Source: Eledone cirrhosa
Taxonomy: Eukaryota
Direction: 5' to 3'
Assembly: GCA_964016885.1 (NCBI GenBank)
Contig: OZ024755.1
Location: 21,638,001-21,702,000 of the forward strand
Length of the DNA stretch: 64,000 nt
The number at the start of each line of letters is the position of its first letter. The stretch's first letter is position 1. Positions 28,732-41,997 of the stretch are shown here, piece by piece. The position numbers and the translations under genes were made by a program. The notes below the pieces were generated by a model, which saw only the letters and a program-made list of their open reading frames with translations, searched no databases and was not told the DNA's origin.

Positions 28732-30916
28732 ATATATGTAGCGAGAGAGAGAGATAAAACATAGACTCTGTGATCATTGTTAATTAAATTGGATCACCTG
28801 TGCATACTATTTATCTATGAAATAACTTTCTTAGTTTTCATAAACATGAAGTCTACATGTGATGATGTTATTGTCTTTTCTAAGCAACATGGAGCAATTC
28901 CAACACATTTACTCAAAATATTCTGTACACAGTGTGGATGATGATCATTGGGGAACAGAAGTAACAGGTTTACTAAACAGAATAAAGCCACAGAAGTAGT
29001 GAAAGCTGCAGACCCTCACAAAGAAGATGACAAAGGAATACGTTGTGAGATGCCGTGATACAGAGGACCCTTCTAACCCATGGAAAAACAGGCACAAAGA
29101 TGGCAATTGTTTTTTTTTTGGGGGGGGGGGTTACATACAACATTCCACACATCATGTCTTAAGTCATAACAATAGATGGACATTTTCTTCAAGATTTCAG
29201 TTTTAGAATTTATTTTTTAAAAAAGTAAAATATTTAACAATATTAAAATATTTTTAATTCTAATGTCTCATAAATCATAATTCAACTTCTTATGGAACAT
29301 CAATATTTTTCAAAACAATTTTAAAATAACTTCTTGCTTCACACACACACAAATATTATAACAACTGGGGAGGGAAGAAAAAAAGGTTAATTAAAGAGAA
29401 TATATGTTGTTTTATTTTATTTATATACTACTATCATCAATACATGATTAAAATTTCAAATATCATCTTAAGGCTTTTGATGATACCTGCTGATATCTTT
29501 AAACAATAAAGCTTCACAACCATCCAATAGCAAAGATATAGCAGTTAGTTAACAGAAAAGAGTTAAAAGAAATAAAATGATAACAGGTGTAGCTGTTCTT
29601 CCTATGAAACCTCTCATTATCCAACAACAGTTATATGTAAAACAAGTATCACTTCATAACAAGATCTTTTCTTCTGGTCCCCATAAACTGCCTATAGCTT
29701 TTCACTGGCTCAAATCACAGGAAAATATTTCAATATTAACACTTCCGTTGCCAAACAAAATTTATCATAAATATGTATATATTGTTTTAAAAGCTATGTA
29801 CAATAATTATGGATTTTGGGGGCAAAAAAAATAATAATAAATAAATTAAATAAAAGGGGCAAATGAATTATAAATTTCAATGTCAACATAACAAAACTGT
29901 AACAAATTACATTTTTTTTTTCTTCTTCTTCACTCACTTATTCTTGTGAGGGTTGTGGGGCTAGAGTCCTCAAACACTCCTTCCAGCGAGTCCAGTCAGA
30001 AGCAAACATCACCAACTGATCTTGCTAAATCCCCAAGCAAGACCAGCCAAGCTCATGGACGTTATCCAACTATCTTGCTCAGGGTCTACCTGCCAGTTGG
30101 TCTTGCCCGTAAATTTTTTTTTTTTGGGGATAATGACAAGGGTTTGACAAAGACATTAGCTCTGAAAGTGTTAATGGTACAAATGCAAATAAAACCGTAC
30201 ATGAGAAAATATAACAAGCATATTCCTGAGATGAGTAAAACAGTTGAATATTGCAGTAGTACTGGAATTCATATATTGGTTATTGTTTTGCAGGCTTTAA
30301 TATTTACATTGGAAATTATTATACAAAAAGACTATCTCATCATCGTAATCTAAAGCGGACATTAAACGATGACGATAAAACTGTTTCTGTAAATCATCTA
30401 TTTTACCATATATGAAATTCTAAAATATAAACATTCATTCTTTTGTATGAAATATATATGCCACAAATTAAATCACAAATTTGTTTTTTTTTTTCTTGTT
30501 TCTTTTTCAATGACTTTATCTATCAAATCGATCGACAAGATGCCAGACCTCATTCGCTTACCAAGTGAGGTGGAACTCGTCAAATCAGACCCAAGAAAGA
30601 ATGTTTCCATTGCTAATACTATATACCAGTCACAATTCCTGACAGAAATGACTTTATATAAACCTGTATTAAACTCAGTCCATTAGTTCGTTTATATGTC
30701 TTAACAATAAAAATGAAAAACAACTTTTTACTCCAACATGTCATCATATGTGAAAAGTAAAAACCTAATTTTTCAAGGCATTACACTTCTTTTTGTAACA
30801 AAAACTTTTATTCTTTTACTGATTCTAATCAATATGACTGTCACCATAACTGCATGCATTTTTGTATTATTTTCCTAACAACAAAAGAAGGAAGAAAACG
30901 AAGTAGTATATATACA

Positions 30917-32010
30917 CAGGGTGCTTAAGGTATTTGACAGCATACTTTTTGGGGTTACTGCTACATTTTACTAAACCTTATATCATATTTTCGGAAAACA
31001 ATAATAGCAGACACCCAGCTTACTCAAGAAGTGAAAAGATATACTGTAATTGTGGCTTTAAAGGTAGAGCATAGCTATTTAGAGACACCTCAATTTTTAA
31101 AAGTTGACAGGTCTTTCATCCACAAAGTTCATAAGGAGTTAGAGACTGAAGATGTGAACATATCAGCAGTATCAGAGCGTAAAAAGCATTCCAAATGCTC
31201 TGACATCATCAGAACACCTGAATTTATCCAGCAATTTCAGCAGACCATTGATGAAAAGACTAGAAAATCCATGAGGTCACTTGCAAAAGATTTCCATGTA
31301 TCAAAAGGAACAATCAGAAATGCTGTCTATGGAGACATCAGATATGTCTTATGTGATGAGGAAAGGTCAATTTATGTCAGAAAAAACAAAAGAAAATCAC
31401 TTAATTAGCTCTATATGGCTCTTAAACAAACTTTAAAATCCAGCAGATGATTATGTGATTTGGTTTTTCTCATACGAGAAAAACTTTGACCAAGATCAGA
31501 AATGACAGATGGGTATGTGCAGACCCTTCTGAAGTTCCAACAGTTATGTACACAAAATTTCCTGCAACTGTCATGTTTTTGGGGGTTGTCAACAATGAAG
31601 GACATGTGACACCTCCTCACTTTATTCCACAAGGCCTTAAAGTTAACCCTGCTGTCTACATTGAGGCCATGGAAACAGTTAAGCCCTGGATAGACAGTAT
31701 TTCTCATGGAAGGCCTTATCTGTTTCAGCAAGACTCTGCACCATCACACAAGACTCAAGTAACTCAGGATTGGATGGCTGAAAATTTTCATGATCACATA
31801 ACACTTAACATTTGGCCTCTTAACTCCCCAGATCTCAATCCATTGGACTACTAAGTGTGGAGCATTGTAGAGAGAGAGAGGTCAATGAAAACCCCCTAAC
31901 ACCAAAGATTCTTTGAAAGCCACCATGGTCAGAATAATGTCCAATATGAATCAGGACCATTTAATTCAAGCATGTAGACGATTTCAATCTTGCATAGAAG
32001 CAGTTATTTA
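30917..32010 (+). pseudogene. Tc1/mariner DD37D (maT-type) transposase pseudogene
   Basis: ORF fragments 31031-31408 (HTH-like) and 31486-31854 (FQQDSAPSHK...WPLNSPDLNPLDY), with 37 residues between the last two D. Contains frameshifts and stops. Confidence 0.85.
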
Positions 32011-34719
32011 TTTTTATGCCTATAGGATATGTTAGGTATTTGAGAACAGCCATTAAAACTGCCAGTGTTTTATACCTTGGATCTGTTAACAGTAATACGT
32101 ATTACAGTAATGCAGATTCCTCACCATTGATAACTTTTTTCTCTTCCTCCCTATTAATTTCTTTCTGGTGAAGTGCAATAATTTATTATGTAATGCATAC
32201 GATTGAGCATAGGACTATCAGTGCATGTAGACAATAATTGGTACAGAAATATATGTTAAAGATCGAATACTCAATAAATTTCTCCTGCTGGACAATTCTT
32301 CCTGCCTAGTTATTCCTGTTTTTCCTGGTACCCTACTTATTAATTATTATTATAAATACTCTGTGATCTCTTTGGAAATTGTACCATAACCTTTTTAACT
32401 GAATACATACCATACGCTTTGGAAGGAACACGTTGAGAAAAAAAAAATATTTGGTAAGCAATCTTCCATATTTATTTTGTTTGCGCATCTGATCTACAAA
32501 ATTTAATTTGACTTATCTCCATGTGTATGTATGTATGTATATATATATTTGTGTATATATGTATGTATGTGTGTGTAATGGAAGGAATTTTAAATGGTAT
32601 GTTGAATAAATGCTGTATTATCACAATTACCATATATACTCGAATATAGGCCAAGGAATATGTGACCAAAAAAATAAATGGTAGAAGGGAGAGATCGGTA
32701 TATACTCAGGGTCAACTTCAAATTCTATGTAAATAAAGTTTAGATTTTTGCTCATTTCTCAAACCAAAAATAGTAGGGTTGGCTTATATTCGAGTATATA
32801 TAGTATATAAATATATATATATTTACAGAGAGAGAGTTTCTCCCTTCACTATCTGAAATACATGATTAATAGTATTTCTTGAGTTGTATATACATGGACA
32901 CCAGCATGGCTGAGTGGTTAAGAGGTTCACTTCACAATCATGAGGTCCTTAGTTCAATCCCCATTGCATGGCCTCTTGAGCAAGTGTCTACCATAACTCC
33001 CAGGTCAACCAAAGCCTTGTGTGGGAAATTGGGTGAGTGGGGAGAAAACTATATGGAAGCCCATTGGATGGATTGTACCTGTAATTCAAATATCCAGCCT
33101 TGTCTTATATCATGTCACAATGATTTGGTTCAATAATCATGTGAAGGGTATATATGTCTAAGGAATACCCAGCCACTTATTGAGTCAGACGTTCAGTTGG
33201 TTGAACAACAGAATGTTCATCATTAAAACAAACAAAGGATCCATCAGCAGTTGAAAAAATAATAAAAATCTATATTCACCTGAAAACCTCAAGCCATATC
33301 ATCATCATCATCACCACCTTTTAATGTCCATTTTCCATGCTAGCATGGATTAGGTGAGGTGTTGTGATGTTGTGAGACATGTCAGGTGACAGTGTCTTGC
33401 TCATACACAACTGTTTCTAGTTTGGTTTCTATGACTGGATGCCCTTTCTAACACCAACGAATTTACGAGTATTTCAGCAGTCCATCACCTGGTTGGTTAG
33501 TTTTGTTTGATTAATCTTCCAATAGTTCAATGTACAATGTTTCTCATTATTATATATGCACCTTTGACGAGTTGTAGTGCACCTGAGCACTTTACACAAT
33601 AATTTCATTATTATTATTATTAATATAAAATTAAATACACATTGTTAAACCATTCCATAAACTGTCCAAAATCTATAAGTACCTATTAAGCTGTAAATAT
33701 AAATACATACTTCTATTTAAATATTGAACTTACTTGGTAAACTATAAGCAGTAAATAGAAATATCTTCTATTGCGATCCTGAACCTATTTGGTAAACTAC
33801 CAAATTATAAATGTTCAAGCAAAATGATAAAAAAATTATAGAATCTGATCTAGTTCCAGATCAAAAGATATTTTAAAAAAAACAATAATAAACACTAAAT
33901 ATACAGGCCAATGTGTATGCAACAGGCTAAACCCGTGAACTCTTTCATTACAATATTTCTAATGAAATGCACTGTATTTGAATTACTTAATGAAGAATTT
34001 GGAATGATTTGATAAAATTATTAACTATTTCATTATTAAGATGGTATTTGTAATATAACAAAAGGTTCTTATGTCGAACTATGTTGTAAGATTTTAATTT
34101 AAATGAAAACCCTTTAAAATGGATGGTTTTTGTTTCATAGAACCAAGGAAGTTTTGGGTAGACTGGCATGAAAAGTATGAAATTAGAATTCTTGAATTGA
34201 AAATAATTTCTTCAATTAATTTTTCAGTTGTAGACATTTTAACAGTAAAGAAAACAAAATAAGTCAGTGCTCAAGTATCGTATGAGGGGTAGAAAACCTA
34301 GTTTGTATATAGCAGTTATGGGATAGAAAACCTATCATATCCATATATATATATACCAGTCATGGATAAACTGCAGCTCATTTGGCTTTCTAAATGGCAC
34401 ACCTAATATCTTATGAGTTATGGGATGGAAAACCTAGCATATATATACCAGTTATGGATAGACTGCAGCCAATTTCGCTTTCTGAATGGCCTGTTTTATG
34501 ATGATACATCTCATATGGCTCCCTGCATAAAAACAGTTTCTCACACTTGGTATATACTTTGTATTGTTATATGGAATCTAATGGATATCTTTTTTTAAAT
34601 CTAAATATTTAAAAACAAAGATAAAAAAAATCTTCCCCATAACATGTATAAGTACAACTTTCACTCCAAGAAAAGTTAACTTGACAAAGTCACAAAACTC
34701 CCATGTTCATTTGCTACAT

Positions 34720-35550
34720 TCAAATTGGAACCATCTGGAAAAGTTTTTCACATATCTGAAACTGGAAAGATTTATCCCCCGTGTGTGATCTCATATGTAC
34801 ATTAAGGCTAGAATTATGAGAAAAATTTTTGCCACATAGTTCACAATGAAATGGTTTTTCTTCATTATGGGTCCTCATATGTTTTGTTAAATGTGAATTT
34901 TGTGAAAACCCTTTACCACACACTTGACAACAAAATGGTCTTTCACCAGTATGTATTCGCATGTGTTTTGTTAGATGTGAATTTTGAGAAAAATCTTTTT
35001 CACATATCTCACAATGAAATGGTCTCTCTCCAGTGTGTGTTCTCAGATGTTGCGTGAGGTAAGAATTCTGAGAAAAGTCTTTACCGCAAACTTCACATAA
35101 GAAAGGTTTTACCCCAGTATGTATCCTTAGATGTTTATTCAGAGTAGAACCATCTGAAAAATCCCTTCCACATACACCACAAGAGAAAGGTCTTTCGCCA
35201 GTATGTGTCCTCATATGCTGTGTGAGATTAGAACTGTGAGAAAAATCCCTCCCACAAATTTCACAGTGGAAAGGTTTTTCTCCTGTATGTACTCTCATAT
35301 GTTTAGTTAGATTGGAACTTTCTAGAAAGTCTTTCCCACATACTCCACAGAAAAAGGGTCTTTCCCCAGAGTGTATTTTCATGTGTCTTGTAAGATTAAT
35401 GTTTCTTAAGAAGTCTTTACCACATGTATCACAATGGAAATGTATTTCCTCTGTTGTTGATCTCTCTCTTCCTTTTTCATTGTATTCCAATGGTGAATCA
35501 TTTTCTTCAACGTCACTGTGAAAAGAATCTTTTCCATTGCAAATTTCCAT
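34720..35550 (-). CDS. C2H2 zinc-finger protein, 8 tandem fingers (276 aa)
   Basis: Open frame with 8 CxxC-x12-HxxxH units and TGE(K/R)PF linkers. Probable upstream splice acceptor (tttccag) puts the exon start at 35832. Confidence 0.92.
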   Translation of the reverse strand: MEICNGKDSFHSDVEENDSPLEYNEKGRERSTTEEIHFHCDTCGKDFLRNINLTRHMKIHSGERPFFCGVCGKDFLESSNLTKHMRVHTGEKPFHCEICGRDFSHSSNLTQHMRTHTGERPFSCGVCGRDFSDGSTLNKHLRIHTGVKPFLCEVCGKDFSQNSYLTQHLRTHTGERPFHCEICEKDFSQNSHLTKHMRIHTGERPFCCQVCGKGFSQNSHLTKHMRTHNEEKPFHCELCGKNFSHNSSLNVHMRSHTGDKSFQFQICEKLFQMVPI

Positions 35551-35607
35551 GTGCCCTCCAATAATCAGTAGAAAGGCTTTGTTCAGTATTTTACATTAAA
35601 TAACAAC

Positions 35608-35685
35608 TGAAGACCCTACAGCTAAAAGTGCTTAAGTCACATTGATTTTGGTGTGACTTAAGCACTTTTAGAACAAGGGTCTTCA
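35608..35685 (-). ncRNA. Candidate pre-miRNA-like hairpin in the inferred zinc-finger 5' UTR
   Basis: 10-bp basal stem, 4x4 internal loop, perfect 20-bp stem (35622-35641 with 35652-35671) and 10-nt loop. Confidence 0.45.
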
Positions 35686-37349
35686 ACTTAGCCAATTTGT
35701 TCACAAGTGAATGTTAAACTCTTGGAGAGGATTTGATTTTTTTTTTTTTTTAGCTAAGAAGAAAATAACTTACATTCAAACATATTCCATAAAATGTACT
35801 GTACTGATACAATTTGTATCCAGTGATGAGTTCTGGAAATAATAATAATAAAAAAAGAAATATTAATAAACAATGTTCACACAAAATAACAAGCTTTCTT
35901 TAAGATCCACACTAAACAGTATAGCATTTATAAACACACAGTTCGACAGCAAATATATACTCACTGAGACAAAATATACACTCACATACAAAATAACAAA
36001 CTTTCTTTAGATGTTCACACTAAATAGTATAGCATTATTAACACACAGTTCGACAGTAAAAATACACTAACTTTTTACTTTAACCAACAGTTATAATCCT
36101 AAAATAGGAATTTCAAATGAACATGATTGACATTACATTCTTTCCTTCAAAGTAGTGTCTTCCTTCAACCTTTTCTATTACCATCACAACAGTCAAACAA
36201 TGAATCATCTGCTGTTCTTCTACTGCAATATTTCTACAACCTGTACTTCAAACATATCTGTTAGAAGATTGTAACAGGATTCACTAATACAAATAGCAGC
36301 TAAATTTCCTCCAAATCTAACTATTATCATTCGTTTGTTCAACGTCTGCCTTCCCTACTAGCAAAGGTCTACTGATCTACTTAGTACTGAAGCAGGGTTA
36401 CTGACCTCCCAGACAGGCCGAGGTCTGCATCTCACTTATATATGGTCATACGTTCTATCAAGTTCACAGAAGAGGTTGTCATGTCTTTTGACACTGAAGG
36501 GTCCTCCCAACCCCTTGTTTGTAAAGCTTGCTATAGTTGGAAGCACTTCCTAACACCAACCAATTTACAGCATGTAATGGGTGTGTTTATCATGTAGATC
36601 ACCAGCGCTAGAAAGGTTGCCATGTCTTGACACAACTGAAGCGTCCTCTCAACCCTTTGTTTGGCAAGCTATATATATATTAAATAAAAGGACATGTTGA
36701 ATAATGCTGGAATGACTTTGACTTTCAATCTTTTCAACAAATGTTAACCTGTGGTTAAATATAAATAATATATGGGAGGTCAGTGGCCTGGCTTCGGTAA
36801 TGACTTGGTCTATGTAAACCCATCCAACCCTTGCTAACAGGGAAAGCAGGCATTAAACAATGATGATGATGATGATGATAACATACCAGTTATAGCAATT
36901 TGACTTTCTTCTGTAAACTACACAGCTTCTTAGTGTCAGATCTTCATCTTTATACTAAAGACTGCCCTCATCTTCATCTAAGAAAACCCACCTCACAGCC
37001 AATGTCTTCCTGCCAAATATTGACCTACAATTTAAACAAAACATTAATCATACAATCTTGCAAGTGGGACACATTTTATAAATGGTTTTCAACTCTGTGA
37101 CATGCTTGCAATAAAAAACATACACACATAAAAATTATAATTTGTTCTCAATATAATACAAACTATCTAATATGATATTTTTAAAGTAAGTTGAAGGAGG
37201 GGCAGTGGTTATGATGTATGACTTATGGGGGCAGTGGCTATAACATATGACTTATGGGGGCAGAGACTCTTTGTCAGATGTAATAACTACTTAAACTCAA
37301 ACCGAAAAAGAAGTCTCTACATTCTCGAACAAGCAACTAAAAATAGTCA

Positions 37350-38635
37350 AATCTGTGTATTCTAGTCCAAAGTAAGACCTGTGTATTCTAGTCCAAAATG
37401 AGGCTTGTATTCTAGTCCAAAGACCTGTATATTCTAGTCTAAAGTAAGACCTGTGTATTCTAGTCCAAAGACCTGTATATTCTAGTCCAAAGTAAGACCT
37501 GTGTATTCTAGTCCAAAGACCTGTATATTCTAGTCCAAAGTAAGACCTGTGTATTCTAGTCCAAAGACCTGTATATTCTAGTCCAAAGTAAGACCTGTGT
37601 ATTCTAGTCCAAAGACCTGTATATTCTAGTCCAAAGTAAGACCTGTGTATTCTAGTCCAAAGTAAGACCTGTATATTCTAGTCCAAAGTAAGACCTGTAT
37701 ATTCTAGTCCAAAGTAAGACCTGTGTATTCTAGTCCAAAGTAAGACCTGTGTATTCTAGTCCAAAGTAAGGCCTGTATATTCTAGTCCAAAGTAAGACCT
37801 GTGTATTCTAGTCCAAAGTAAGACCTGTATATTCTAGTCCAAAGTAAGACCTGTATATTCTAGTCCAAAGTAAGACCTGTGTATTCTAGTCCAAAGTAAG
37901 ACCTGTGTAGTCTAGTCCAAAGTAAGGCCTGTATATTCTAGTCCAAAGTAAGACCTGTGTATTCTAGTCCAAAGTAAGACCTGTGTATTCTAGTCCAAAG
38001 TCAAATCTGTGTATTCTAGTCCAAAGTGAGGCTTGTATTCTAGTCCAAAGTAAGGCCTGTATATTCTAGTCCAAAGTAAGACCTGTGTATTCTAGTCCAA
38101 AATGAGGCTTGCATTCTAGTCCAAAGACCTGTATATTCTAGTCCAAAGTAAGGCCTGTATATTCTAGTCCAAAGTAAGACCTGTATATTCTAGTCCAAAG
38201 TAAGACCTGTATATTCTAGTCCAAAGTAAGACCTGTGTATTCTAGTCCAAAGTAAGACCTGTGTATTCTAGTCCAAAGTAAGGCCTGTATATTCTAGTCC
38301 AAAGTAAGACCTGTGTATTCTAGTCCAAAGTGAGGCTTGTATTCTAGTCCAAAGTAAGGCCTGTATATTCTAGTCCAAAGTAAGACCTGTATATTCTAGT
38401 CCAAAGTAAGACCTGTATATTCTAGTCCAAAGTAAGACCTGTGTATTCTAGTCCAAAGTAAGACCTGTGTATTCTAGTCCAAAGTAAGGCCTGTATATTC
38501 TAATCCAAAGTAAGACCTGTATATTCTAGTCCAAAGTAAGACCTGTGTATTCTAGTCCAAAGTGAGGCTTGTATTCTAGTCCAAAGTAAGACCTGTATAT
38601 TCTAGTCCAAAGTAAGGTCTGTATATTCTAGTCCA
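37350..38635. repeat. Minisatellite of ~50 units, 26-bp consensus CTGT(G/A)TATTCTAGTCCAAAGTAAGAC with 22- and 25-bp variants
   Basis: Direct head-to-tail repeats with no unique spacers. Confidence 0.95.
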
Positions 38636-39799
38636 ATCCAATTTTATTATATTCTATACACATCAAATTTGGCAGAAGGAACGATGGTGTACATTATTTA
38701 CATTCCATAAAATGTACAATTAACTTCTGCATCATCGACTTTAAGAGAAACTTTCTCTACAAGAGTAAAGGAACAAATAAGGTGCTTGTGTATAACAAAT
38801 GAGTCTGGTGGAGGCAACAGGTTAAGAAAAGAAGGCACAATTGCTTCAAACCTCAGCTAACTGCAAAATATTTCAACGTGGATCTAAGAAACTGGATATA
38901 ACTAACTATTGTTACATATAGAAAAATGTTTTCTGTAGTAGATTTTTCTTCTCTCAAAGAGGCTAAAACATCGGATGTTACAAAAACGCTAACAGGAATT
39001 AAACTAACTTTAAATACGAAGTATTTCTAATAAAACTCAGTCAGAAATTTATAATTTCAAGAGAAAGGCTTCCAATGACTTAGTATCTACCCTTCTTAAA
39101 TCAGTCAAGTTGGAATATTTTCTTGTGTCTTCACAATGATAATAAGCCCTACAGAAAGAAAATCATAAAATATAAAGTAGAAGCTTGAAAGAAAGATGAA
39201 AGTTAAGCTTTAGAACTTGTTGGATATTCCCAGAATCTAAACTTGATGCGGTATCAATTCCTTGCCAAGCCTTACATCATTTTAGATTAGATAGAAAGAA
39301 AACAGAATTTCACTGTTAATTCAATTTTAAATTTCTAGTGAACCCAAAACCAATACAAAGCTGAAACAATTTTGAAATCAATATTAAAATATTCTTTTCA
39401 ATGGAATTATTCTTCGCATATTTTTCGAGAAAATAAAAAAAATGACACATAAGTCTTCGATGATATTAAAAAACAAAAACTAGTGTCCGAAGCTAAACAT
39501 CTTAAAATTCCTTTTGATTTCCAATTTCCATATATTTTAGTGCAGCTTTAATTCTTTAAAATTTAATCGAAATAAAATAAAATAAAATACGGCTGCGATG
39601 TTTCACAATAATGGCTGGAATATATGGAAAGGTGTCACAAAGTGAGTGACCATAGATCATTTATTTTGGGATTTACATAGAATTTAACATATAAATATCT
39701 TCAACTTTACAAAAAAAATAATAATAATAATATTAAACCTGTCTAAGTTATATAAATGTAATTATTCGTGGAAATTTTCAGAATGAAAAAAAGAGAGAA

Positions 39800-40400
39800 T
39801 GTATAAATATTTATTGAAATGTTGACCATTACATGGTAGGGAAGGGTCGTACAATGGACGACCAGGCTTTGCCGTCGGTCAACTTGTAAACAAATATTTC
39901 GGTTCCAAGAATTCACCTGTTAACAGAACAATATCTAAATTTCTTACTCTCTAGGCGTTGCCACTGACATTACAAAACAGATCAGATGAAAAGAAAACAA
40001 AAACAAAACAGGTGAAAATCGAGAGCCTTGAAGCAAACGGAAAACTTTTAAAATTCGCAGAACTACGTCAAGGAGCTGACATTTTAATAAACACAGTTAC
40101 AGCTAAATTGTATTGGAAATTTGAATGAATTTCTACGGGAAAACGTTTTGATTAAACCTTTACTAAGTGTGGCTTTCACGTAAATTGTATTATTATCGAT
40201 AGTTTGAAAAATAATGAGAATAAATAATGACTTACTATTTGACAAGTAAAATAAGGATAGTAAAAATTACCGGTATAAGTTTCCGAGGAGAGTCCGAGGC
40301 AAACTGTGACAGTTGTTGTTGTAGTTGTTTACTTAATCTACGGAAGACCAAACATGTTATAAAATTATTTTACTACAACGTTTTAACATAATGAATATCT
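39800..40400. promoter_or_regulatory. Possible bidirectional promoter for the two zinc-finger genes
   Basis: Local CpG retention between CpG-poor flanks, TACGTCA (CRE-like) motif and minus-strand donor-like sites near 39916 and 40236. Inference only. Confidence 0.35.
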
Positions 40401-40624
40401 AAATTTAAATATAAGTACATACATATAATCAATTAATTGTGAAAATGTTATTTTGTTATACGTTAGGGTAATTGGAAATCTTTGAAAATTGTGTGATATT
40501 TAAAAATAACATTTTCCCCCATATATTTTATTTGCATCGTAAATTTTATTAAAAAGACTCTCTCAAGAAATTACTTTTGTAAACAATATATAATTCAATG
40601 GTTTATTTAATTTTCGTCATATCA

Positions 40625-41050
40625 TTATCATCATCATCACTATCACCGTTTAACGTCCATTTTTCCACGCTAGTATGGGTTAGACGAGTTGTCCTGTTGT
40701 GAGCAATGCCAGGTCAGGTGACCATGATATGCTCATACAGAACTGATTTTGGCTTGGTTTCTACAGCTGGATGCCTTTCCTAACACCAACCTTATTTCCA
40801 GTGAGTACTGGGTGCTTTTTGTCGTGACACCTACAAGACCACTTTAGATTGTGGACTGGGTGTTTTTTGTTGTGACACGTACATGACCACTTTACAGTGT
40901 AGACTGGGTGCTTTTTGTCATGTCACCATCACAACCACTTTACAGTGTGGACTGGGTGCTTTTTGTCATGTCACCTACACGACCACTTTACAGTGTGGAC
41001 TGGGTGCTTTTTGTTGTGACACCTACACAACCACTTTACAGTGTGGGCTG
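40625..41050 (-). mobile_element. RTE-tail-related SINE (family C) with an internal 48-bp minisatellite; relatives at 25150-25320, 33300-33470, 46440-46590, 47000-47440, 62440-62590
   Basis: (CAT)n-TTTAACGTCCATTTT-CCACGCTAG-ATGGG...GCTGGATGCC(C/T)TTCCTAACACCAAC; about 5 x 48-bp units at 40800-41050. Confidence 0.75.
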
Positions 41051-41179
41051 GAGGCTTCACTAGATGTTTGCTTCAACCTGTCCCCATGGGCGATGTATGC
41101 AAGGATTGGGTGGGGTGGTGAATACTATATATATATCTTTCAGCTTCAGCCTGTGCCCGTGGGAAGTCGGGTCTTCTAT

Positions 41180-41760
41180 ATTATTGCGTAATGCCAGAGA
41201 TCTTGATACTGTGTCATCATCTTTGAGAGGTGCAGTTGGGCAAGGTCAGCTTTTATCACCTCATCCCAAGTCTTCCAGGGTTTCCCCATTCCAAGGCTTC
41301 CATCGACTTGGAGCGCTCTGCTCCTTTTTATACAGCTGTCATCCTTCATATGCATCACAAGCCCACACCAATGCAATCTCCTCTCCTGCACATTGCATCT
41401 GATTCCTCTTATGCCTAGTTTCTCTTTCAGTTCGTTTATGCTTTGCCATTCATGTATATTACTATTACACATCCATCGGAGCATACAAGCTTCATTTATT
41501 TCCAATCTTCGCACACAGCACCCAGGTCTCATTACCATGCAACATTGCTGTTTGTATGCAGGCATCATACAGTCTATCTTTCATTTTGAGGGAAAAACCT
41601 TTTGTAGCTAGCAATGGTAGTAGCTCCCTCAACTTCTTCCATCCTGTTCTCACTCTGGCTACTGTACTTTCAGAACATCCACCTCCACTGCTAATTTGGT
41701 CACCCAGGTAGCAGAAGCTATCTACTGCTTCTACCGAACCTTCCAAGAATTTGATAGCAC
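41180..41760 (-). mobile_element. RTE-clade LINE fragment; others at 47560-47800(-), 51615-51915(-), 56635-56900(+)
   Basis: VDSFCYLGDQISSGGGCSESTVARVRTGWKKLRELLPLL...MLHGNETW and RRLHWCGLVMH...GKPWKTW. Confidence 0.88.
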
Positions 41761-41877
41761 TTGTTTCCTGTGGTTGTTTACTGCTTTTATATCTATCTAT
41801 AAATTCTAAGTTACTCTATTACGTGTTCCAGCTGACCGGCTGAGGCCATGCTGGGGCACCACCATTGAAAAAGGAAA

Positions 41878-41997
41878 TGCTTACAGCACCTATGTTTCCC
41901 AGGTGGTCACCCCATCTAAGTACTAATTAGGATTAAGTTGCTTAACTTCAGTGATTGGACAAGAATAGGGTATTTTCAGCATGATGTAACTGTAAAC
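41878..41997 (-). pseudogene. Full-length decayed 5S rRNA copy (possible 5S-derived SINE head)
   Basis: 120 nt collinear with 5S: GTTTACAG...ATCACTGAAGTTAAGCAAC...TTAGTACTTAGATGGGGTGACCACCTGGGAAACATAGGTGCTGTAAGCA, with heavy CpG decay. Confidence 0.85.

Noticed and set aside
37350-38635. CRISPR-like array
   Set aside because: No unique spacers, no cas genes and a eukaryotic context; it is a minisatellite.
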